NCBI RefSeq assembly: GCF_013149785.1
Contig: NZ_JABEZU010000002.1
Span: forward strand, 558,001-622,000
Direction: 5' to 3'
DNA: 64,000 nucleotides
Origin: Isoptericola halotolerans
GTDB taxonomy: Bacteria; Actinomycetota; Actinomycetes; Actinomycetales; Cellulomonadaceae
The position numbers and the translations under genes were made by a program. Shown in pieces: positions 58,706 through 64,000 of the stretch. A model generated the notes under the pieces. It was not told the origin of the DNA. It was given only the letters and a program-made list of their open reading frames with translations, and did not search any database. Every line of letters begins with the position of its first letter. The first letter of the stretch is position 1.

Positions 58706-59523
58706 CACGCACCCGCCTGCGTGCCGTCGTCGGCGACCGGGCCCTCGAGGGAGCGCAGCGCGTCGAGGCCGGCGAGGACGGCCTCGGGCGTGGGGTCGCT
58801 GATCTCGCCGGCGATCCGGCCGTCGGCGATGAGGATCACACGGTCGGCGTACGCGGCGGCTGCCGGGTCGTGGGTGACCATGATGATGGTCCGGCCGAGC
58901 TCGCGCACCGAGCGTCGCAGGAAGCTGAGCACCTCCGCGCCGGAGCGGGAGTCCAGGTTGCCCGTCGGCTCGTCGGCGAAGACCACCTCCGGCTGGGCGA
59001 TGAGCGCGCGGGCGATCGCGACCCGCTGCTGCTGGCCGCCGGACAGCTCGCTCGGGCGGTGCTCGAGGCGCTGCTCGAGCCCGAGCGTGCGCACCAGGGT
59101 GTCGAACCACACGTGGTCGACCTTCGCCCCGGCGAGCTCCAGCGGCAGGGTGATGTTGTCGCGGGCGCTGAACATCGGCAGCAGGTTGAACTGCTGGAAC
59201 ACGAAGCCCACCCGGTCGCGGCGCAGGCGGGTCAGCGCCTTGTCACCGAGCCCGGTGATCTCCGTGGTCCCGAGGAACGCCTGACCCGACGTCGCGGTGT
59301 CGAGCCCGGCCAGCAGGTGCATGAGGGTGGACTTGCCCGAGCCCGACGGGCCCATGATGGCGGTGAAGCGACCCTCGGCGAAGTCGACGTCCACACCGTC
59401 CAGGGCGCGCACCTGCGCCTCTCCGGTGCCGTAGGTCTTGGTCAGACCGCGCGCCCGGACGGCGAGCCGTCCGTCGGCGGGGGTGTCGGTGTCGTTGACG
59501 GGGACGAACACGGTGGTGTCCAC
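58705..59523 (-). CDS. ABC transporter ATP-binding protein (LolD/MacB-like)
   Basis: GPSGSGKST, LSGGQQQRVAIARAL, ADEPTGNLD, VTHD. Confidence 0.95.
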   Translation of the reverse strand: MDTTVFVPVNDTDTPADGRLAVRARGLTKTYGTGEAQVRALDGVDVDFAEGRFTAIMGPSGSGKSTLMHLLAGLDTATSGQAFLGTTEITGLGDKALTRLRRDRVGFVFQQFNLLPMFSARDNITLPLELAGAKVDHVWFDTLVRTLGLEQRLEHRPSELSGGQQQRVAIARALIAQPEVVFADEPTGNLDSRSGAEVLSFLRRSVRELGRTIIMVTHDPAAAAYADRVILIADGRIAGEISDPTPEAVLAGLDALRSLEGPVADDGTQAGA

Positions 59524-59643
59524 GGGATGTCTCCACGGGTCTTGCTCCGGCGGCTCCCGGACGGGAGCTCGATGACACCACCGACGCTACGGAGCCGGCG
59601 GCCCGCCGTCGTCGGCCCCCGGGTGGGTCGTGCGGGCCGCTCA

Positions 59644-59663
59644 GGTCATACCCAGGGATGACC
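59644..59663. promoter_or_regulatory. Candidate NarL-type response regulator site GGTCAT-N8-ATGACC
   Basis: Inverted repeat upstream of the ABC operon, next to a NarL/HisKA_3 pair. Confidence 0.45.
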
Positions 59664-59693
59664 CGACCCTGAGTGCTCCCTGAGGGCCGACCC

Positions 59694-60350
59694 TCAGTCC
59701 GTGCCGTCCGCGCGGCCCCGGAGCAGCACCAGCACGGCACCTCCGAGGAGCAGGCCGGCCACGACCACGGCCCCCACGTAGCCGGAACCACCCAGCATCC
59801 CCTCGAGCAGCACCCGGCTGCGGGAGGTCGGGTCGGCGAGCACCATCGCGACGAAGGCCGCGACGACAGCGACCACCACGCCGGTCAGGACCCGCTCCCA
59901 CCGTCTGTCCAGCGTGGCGTAGCCCATCACCCGTCGTCCGGCGCGCACGATGTGGCGGGCCCGCAGCACCCGGAGCGCACCGACGGCGCGCACGAGCCGC
60001 AGCAGCTGTGTCGGACCGATCGCCAGCACCGCCGAGACCACGATCGCGACGGTCACGACGACCAGCCACCGGTGCTGACGGACCCAGCGGCGCTTGTCGC
60101 GCGAGACCGCGAACAGCACGACGGTCTCGCCCAGCAGCACGGCGCCGGTCAGCAGGCTGGCGACGGTCCCCACGGACCGGTACGGCTCGTCGAGCAGCGT
60201 CAGCCAGACCGCCGGCACCGACACCAGTGCCGCGACGACCACCGGCCAGGCGAGGCGCCGCGCCCACCGTGCCTCGGGCCCTTCGGGGGGCTCGGTCGCT
60301 TCCGCCACGGCCCGGTGGTCGCGCGCGGGCGGGTCGGGGACGGGGCGCAC
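59694..60350 (-). CDS. Membrane protein resembling an ion-channel voltage-sensor domain, without pore loop
   Basis: Six helices; S4-like LLRLVRAVGALRVLRARHIVR; no TxGYG; TACCCT-N6-GTG start. Confidence 0.65.
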   Translation of the reverse strand: MRPVPDPPARDHRAVAEATEPPEGPEARWARRLAWPVVVAALVSVPAVWLTLLDEPYRSVGTVASLLTGAVLLGETVVLFAVSRDKRRWVRQHRWLVVVTVAIVVSAVLAIGPTQLLRLVRAVGALRVLRARHIVRAGRRVMGYATLDRRWERVLTGVVVAVVAAFVAMVLADPTSRSRVLLEGMLGGSGYVGAVVVAGLLLGGAVLVLLRGRADGTD

Positions 60351-60369
60351 CGGACCAGGGTAGAGGCGC

Positions 60370-61056
60370 TCAGGAGCCGGGTCGCACGAGCCCGATCTCG
60401 TAGGCGGTGACCACGGCCTGGACGCGGTCGCGGGCACCGAGCTTGGCCAGCACCCGGCCCACGTGCGTCTTGACGGTCGCCTCGGCGACGAACAGCTCCG
60501 TGGCGATCTCGGTGTTCGACCGGCCACGCGCCATGAGCACGAGCACCTCGCGCTCACGGTCCGTGAGCCCGGCGAGCGCCTCCTGCGCCGGACCGGTGGA
60601 CGTGGCCGGCAGGGCCGTGACGAGATGCTCGAGCAGGCGGCGGGTCGAGGACGGCGCGATGACGGCGTCGCCGCGGTGCACGGTGCGGATGGCCGCCAGC
60701 ATCTCCTCGGGAGGTGCGTCCTTGAGCAGGAACCCGGAGGCGCCGGCCCGGATCGCCTCCAGGACGTACTCGTCCAGGTCGAACGTCGTCAGGACGACGA
60801 CGCGGGGCGCCTCGGGCCTGGAGGTCAGGCGGGACGTCGCCGTGAGCCCGTCCATGGTCGGCATGCGCACGTCCATGAGCACGACGTCCACGGGGTGGTC
60901 GGCGAGCAGCCGGAGCGCCTGGGCGCCGTCGGAGGCCTCGACGGCCACCGTGAGGTCCGGCTGGGAGTCGATGACCATCCGGAACCCGGCCCGGACGAGC
61001 TGCTGGTCGTCGACGAGCGCGACGCGCACGGGGTCGTCGGACGGTGCGACGGTCAT
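60370..61056 (-). CDS. NarL/LuxR family response regulator
   Basis: [28 protein letters not shown]. Confidence 0.95.
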   Translation of the reverse strand: MTVAPSDDPVRVALVDDQQLVRAGFRMVIDSQPDLTVAVEASDGAQALRLLADHPVDVVLMDVRMPTMDGLTATSRLTSRPEAPRVVVLTTFDLDEYVLEAIRAGASGFLLKDAPPEEMLAAIRTVHRGDAVIAPSSTRRLLEHLVTALPATSTGPAQEALAGLTDREREVLVLMARGRSNTEIATELFVAEATVKTHVGRVLAKLGARDRVQAVVTAYEIGLVRPGS

Positions 61057-62396
61057 GCGGGCTCCTGGGTCTCGTTGTCGAGCGGCTCGGGCGGTGCGGT
61101 GGCGGGCACCGGCATCGTGAACCGTACCCGCCAGCCGCCGCCGGGCCGTGGGCCGGCCGTGAGGGTGCCGCCGAACATCGCGGCCCGCTCACGCATCCCG
61201 ACCAGGCCGTAGCCGGCGTCACCGCTGCCGGCCGAGGCGCCGCGGCCGTCGTCGGCGATCTCGAGCACGACGTTCGCGGACTCCCAGCGCTGCACGACGG
61301 TGACGCGCGGGTCCGGTCCGGCGTGCTTGCGCACGTTGCTCAGAGCCTCCTGCACGACCCGGTGGAGCGTGAGCCCGGCGCCGGGCGGCAGGCGTCGCGC
61401 CCGCCCGACGCGCACCAGGGACACCCGCGTCCCGGCGTCGCGGGCCTGGGCCACGAGCGCGGCGAGGTCGGCGTCGTCGGGTTGCGGCGTCAGGGGTGCG
61501 GCGCCCGACGACGGCACGCGGCCAGGGCGCGCCCCGCCGCCCGTGGTGCTCGGCCGGTCCGGGCCGCCCGCCGTCGGACCCGTGCCGCCCTCCGCGGGAC
61601 CGCCTTCCTGCCGTGGCTCGTCCTCGCGCAGGACCCCGAGCAGCCGACGCATGTCGGACAGGGCGGCGCGGCCCGTCTCGGAGATGACGTCGAGCGAGCG
61701 CACGGCGGCCGCCGGGTCCTGCGAGGCGGCGTACCGGCCGCCGTCGGCCTGGGCGACGACGATGGACAGCGAGTGGGCGACGATGTCGTGCATCTCGCGG
61801 GCGATGCGCGCGCGCTCCGCGGCGGTGGCGATGCGGGTCTGCTGGTCCCGCTCGATCTCGAGGCGTTCGGCCCGGTCGCGCAGGGCGTCCAGGGTGACCC
61901 GGCGCTGCCGGCGGACGACCGCGAGGGCCCAGACGGCCAGGCCGATCACCGCGGAGAACATGCTGACGGCGGCGAGCTCGTTGAGCGCGCTCGTGCTCTG
62001 CTGCTGCACGGCCACGACCGGCCCGATGAGGAACGACCCGACGACCGTCGAGGCGATCGCGGTGACGTGCGCCCACGTGGGGCCGTAGACGGTGACGGCC
62101 CACAGGGCGGCGAGGACCGCGAGGTCGGAGGGGAAGAGCAGGGGGTAGCCGGCCAGCAGGTGGGCGAGCGCCACCGCGTAGACCGCCACGGCCGACGCCA
62201 CCGGCCGGGTGCGTCGCCACGCGAGGGGTGCGACGGTGAGCACGGACCACACCGTCCCGGCGACGTCGATGGCCCACGGGGCGAGGACGGGGGTGGTGGT
62301 GGAGAGCACGAAGAGGCCGAACGCGAGGGTGCCCGTCGCGTCGACGACGAACCGGTGGCGCTCGAACCATCCGGCGACCTGTGCGGACCATCCCAT
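61053..62396 (-). CDS. Membrane sensor histidine kinase (HisKA_3)
   Basis: ERARIAREMHDIVAHSL, QEALSNVRKHA, DDGRG, GLVGMRER. Confidence 0.95.
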   Translation of the reverse strand: MGWSAQVAGWFERHRFVVDATGTLAFGLFVLSTTTPVLAPWAIDVAGTVWSVLTVAPLAWRRTRPVASAVAVYAVALAHLLAGYPLLFPSDLAVLAALWAVTVYGPTWAHVTAIASTVVGSFLIGPVVAVQQQSTSALNELAAVSMFSAVIGLAVWALAVVRRQRRVTLDALRDRAERLEIERDQQTRIATAAERARIAREMHDIVAHSLSIVVAQADGGRYAASQDPAAAVRSLDVISETGRAALSDMRRLLGVLREDEPRQEGGPAEGGTGPTAGGPDRPSTTGGGARPGRVPSSGAAPLTPQPDDADLAALVAQARDAGTRVSLVRVGRARRLPPGAGLTLHRVVQEALSNVRKHAGPDPRVTVVQRWESANVVLEIADDGRGASAGSGDAGYGLVGMRERAAMFGGTLTAGPRPGGGWRVRFTMPVPATAPPEPLDNETQEPA

Positions 62397-62537
62397 GGTC
62401 GTCAGGGTAGGCAGGTGGGACGGCTCGCGCGTCCGTCCCAGGTCGGACCCGAGGGATCACGACATGCCACCTCAGACTGACGAGGTCGTCGTGTCCCGAC
62501 GTGCCGGGACCAGGCACATTGCCGCTAGCATGAGGGA

Positions 62538-63224
62538 ATGACCCACGTACTGCTGGCCGAGGACGACCCGGCGATTGCCGAGCCTTTGGCGCGGGCTCTC
62601 ACACGTGAGGGTTACGACGTCGTCGTGCAAGGAACCGGTCAAGGAGCGATCGACAACGCCGGGGACGCGGACATCGTCGTCCTGGACCTCGGCCTGCCGG
62701 ACATCGACGGCCTGGACGTCGCACGCGAGATCCGTGGCCGGGGCCTGACCACGCCGATCCTCGTGCTGACCGCGCGCGCCGACGAGGTCGACCTCGTGGT
62801 CGGCCTGGACGCCGGTGCCGACGACTACGTCACCAAGCCGTTCCGGCTCGCCGAGCTGCTCGCCCGGGTCCGGGCGCTGCTGCGGCGCACCCACGGCGAG
62901 GCGGCGGAGGACGAGGAGCTGCGCGCCCAGGACGTCCGCGTCGACGTCGCCGCCCACCGGGCGTTCCAGGGGGAGCGCGAGCTGCACCTGACCACCAAGG
63001 AGTTCGACCTCCTCAGGGTGCTCGTGGGCAACGCGGGCTCCGTCGTCGTGCGTGACACGCTCATGCGTGACGTGTGGGGATCCGACCCCGTCGGCTCGAC
63101 CAAGACCCTCGACATGCACGTCTCCTGGTTGCGCCGCAAGCTCGGTGACGACGCGAACTCGCCGCGCTACGTCTCCACTGTCCGGGGCCTCGGCTTCCGG
63201 TTCGAGCTCGGCCAGCAGGCCTGA
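62538..63224 (+). CDS. OmpR family response regulator (DraR-like)
   Basis: MTHVLLAEDDPAIAEPLARAL, GADDYVTKPF, KTLDMHVSWLRRKLGD. Confidence 0.93.
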   Translation: MTHVLLAEDDPAIAEPLARALTREGYDVVVQGTGQGAIDNAGDADIVVLDLGLPDIDGLDVAREIRGRGLTTPILVLTARADEVDLVVGLDAGADDYVTKPFRLAELLARVRALLRRTHGEAAEDEELRAQDVRVDVAAHRAFQGERELHLTTKEFDLLRVLVGNAGSVVVRDTLMRDVWGSDPVGSTKTLDMHVSWLRRKLGDDANSPRYVSTVRGLGFRFELGQQA

Positions 63225-63230
63225 CCTCCG

Positions 63231-64000
63231 GTGCGCCGTCGCGTCCTGCTGGCGACGATCTCGGCGGTCGCCGTCGCCGTGGTGCTGCTGGGTGTGCCGC
63301 TGGGGATCTTCGGCGCGCAGTACGTCGTCGCGACCGAGGAGCGGCGGCTCTCGGACCGGCTGGACACGTTCTCGCGCACGGTCGACCGCGCGGTCGAGCT
63401 GGGCGAGAGCCCCACGGAGTCCCAGCTCGAGCGGGCGGCCGCGGGGCGGGACGGTGACCTGCCGGCCCGGATCACGGTGAGCCTGCCCGACGGCGAGCAG
63501 CTCACCTACGGTGGCGAGCTGCGGGAACCCACCTTCTTCCTCGCGGTGCAGACCGCCCAGCGGGCGTCGGTGTCGTTCGAGGTGTCGGCCTGGGGTGCCT
63601 ACATCAAGGCCGCCCAGATCGTCGCGCTCGTCGTGGTGGCAGGGGTGGTGGCCATCGCCGCCGGGGTGGCGATGGCGGTCTGGCAGGCGAACCGGCTCTC
63701 CGCGCCCCTGGTGTACCTCGCGGCCTCCGCGGAACAGCTCGGTTCCGGTCAGGTGCGCCCGAGCCTCGAACCCTCCGGCGTGGAGGAGATCGACCTGGTC
63801 GCGGCAGAGCTCGCCCGCAGCGCGGACCGGTTGGCAGGGCGCCTGGCCGCTGAACGACAGTTCGCGCAGGACGCCTCCCACCAGCTGCGCACCCCGTTGA
63901 CGGCCCTGACCATGCGGCTCGAGGAGATCATGCTCACCAGCGGCGACGACGACGTGGTCGAGGAGGCGCGGGTGTCGCTGGAGCAGGTCGAACGGCTGGT
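63231..64000 (+). CDS. HAMP-containing sensor histidine kinase (DraK-like), 3' truncated
   Basis: Read from sequence, absent from the ORF track: VRRRVLLATISAV..., two TM helices, DASHQLRTPL H-box; runs off the window. Confidence 0.9.
   Translation, partial: MRRRVLLATISAVAVAVVLLGVPLGIFGAQYVVATEERRLSDRLDTFSRTVDRAVELGESPTESQLERAAAGRDGDLPARITVSLPDGEQLTYGGELREPTFFLAVQTAQRASVSFEVSAWGAYIKAAQIVALVVVAGVVAIAAGVAMAVWQANRLSAPLVYLAASAEQLGSGQVRPSLEPSGVEEIDLVAAELARSADRLAGRLAAERQFAQDASHQLRTPLTALTMRLEEIMLTSGDDDVVEEARVSLEQVERL

Overview
This is a 64 kb chromosomal segment from a very high-GC actinobacterium. The gene content suggests Micrococcales, possibly a Promicromonosporaceae/Cellulomonadaceae-like organism (inference). 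It holds about 61 densely packed CDSs; I found no rRNA, tRNA, CRISPR array, integrase or transposase. Recognisable modules are: an ECF42-type sigma factor with two DGPF/YciI genes; ATP-dependent DNA ligase; a DrrAB-type ABC exporter with TetR; msrA with a SigH/SigR-type promoter; the ilvA-greA-mca-hemolysin III-isoprenyl transferase region with ectABC between ilvA and greA; coproporphyrin-dependent haem genes (hemH/cpfC, hemQ/chdC) followed by a TspO gene; gdh-AKR-PAS/AraC-putA; a CebEFG/GH1/LacI beta-glucoside operon with three operators; pdtaS-whiB1; an EccC-like FtsK ATPase; an FtsX-type ABC system with a two-component pair; and a DraRK-like pair cut by the window edge. The most unusual items are: (i) an unannotated 659-aa protein with two S1-like domains, a coiled coil and a RelE-like C-terminus (candidate RNA-targeting toxin or defence effector); (ii) dispersed intergenic palindromes, two of which share loop motifs but have different self-complementary stems, and two built as 2 direct + 2 inverted units; (iii) a voltage-sensor-type channel homologue with no pore loop; (iv) a DUF5997 / HTH-less LysR divergent pair. 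Many genes appear leaderless (-10 hexamer 6-7 nt before the start). All family calls are by motif recognition, not database search.
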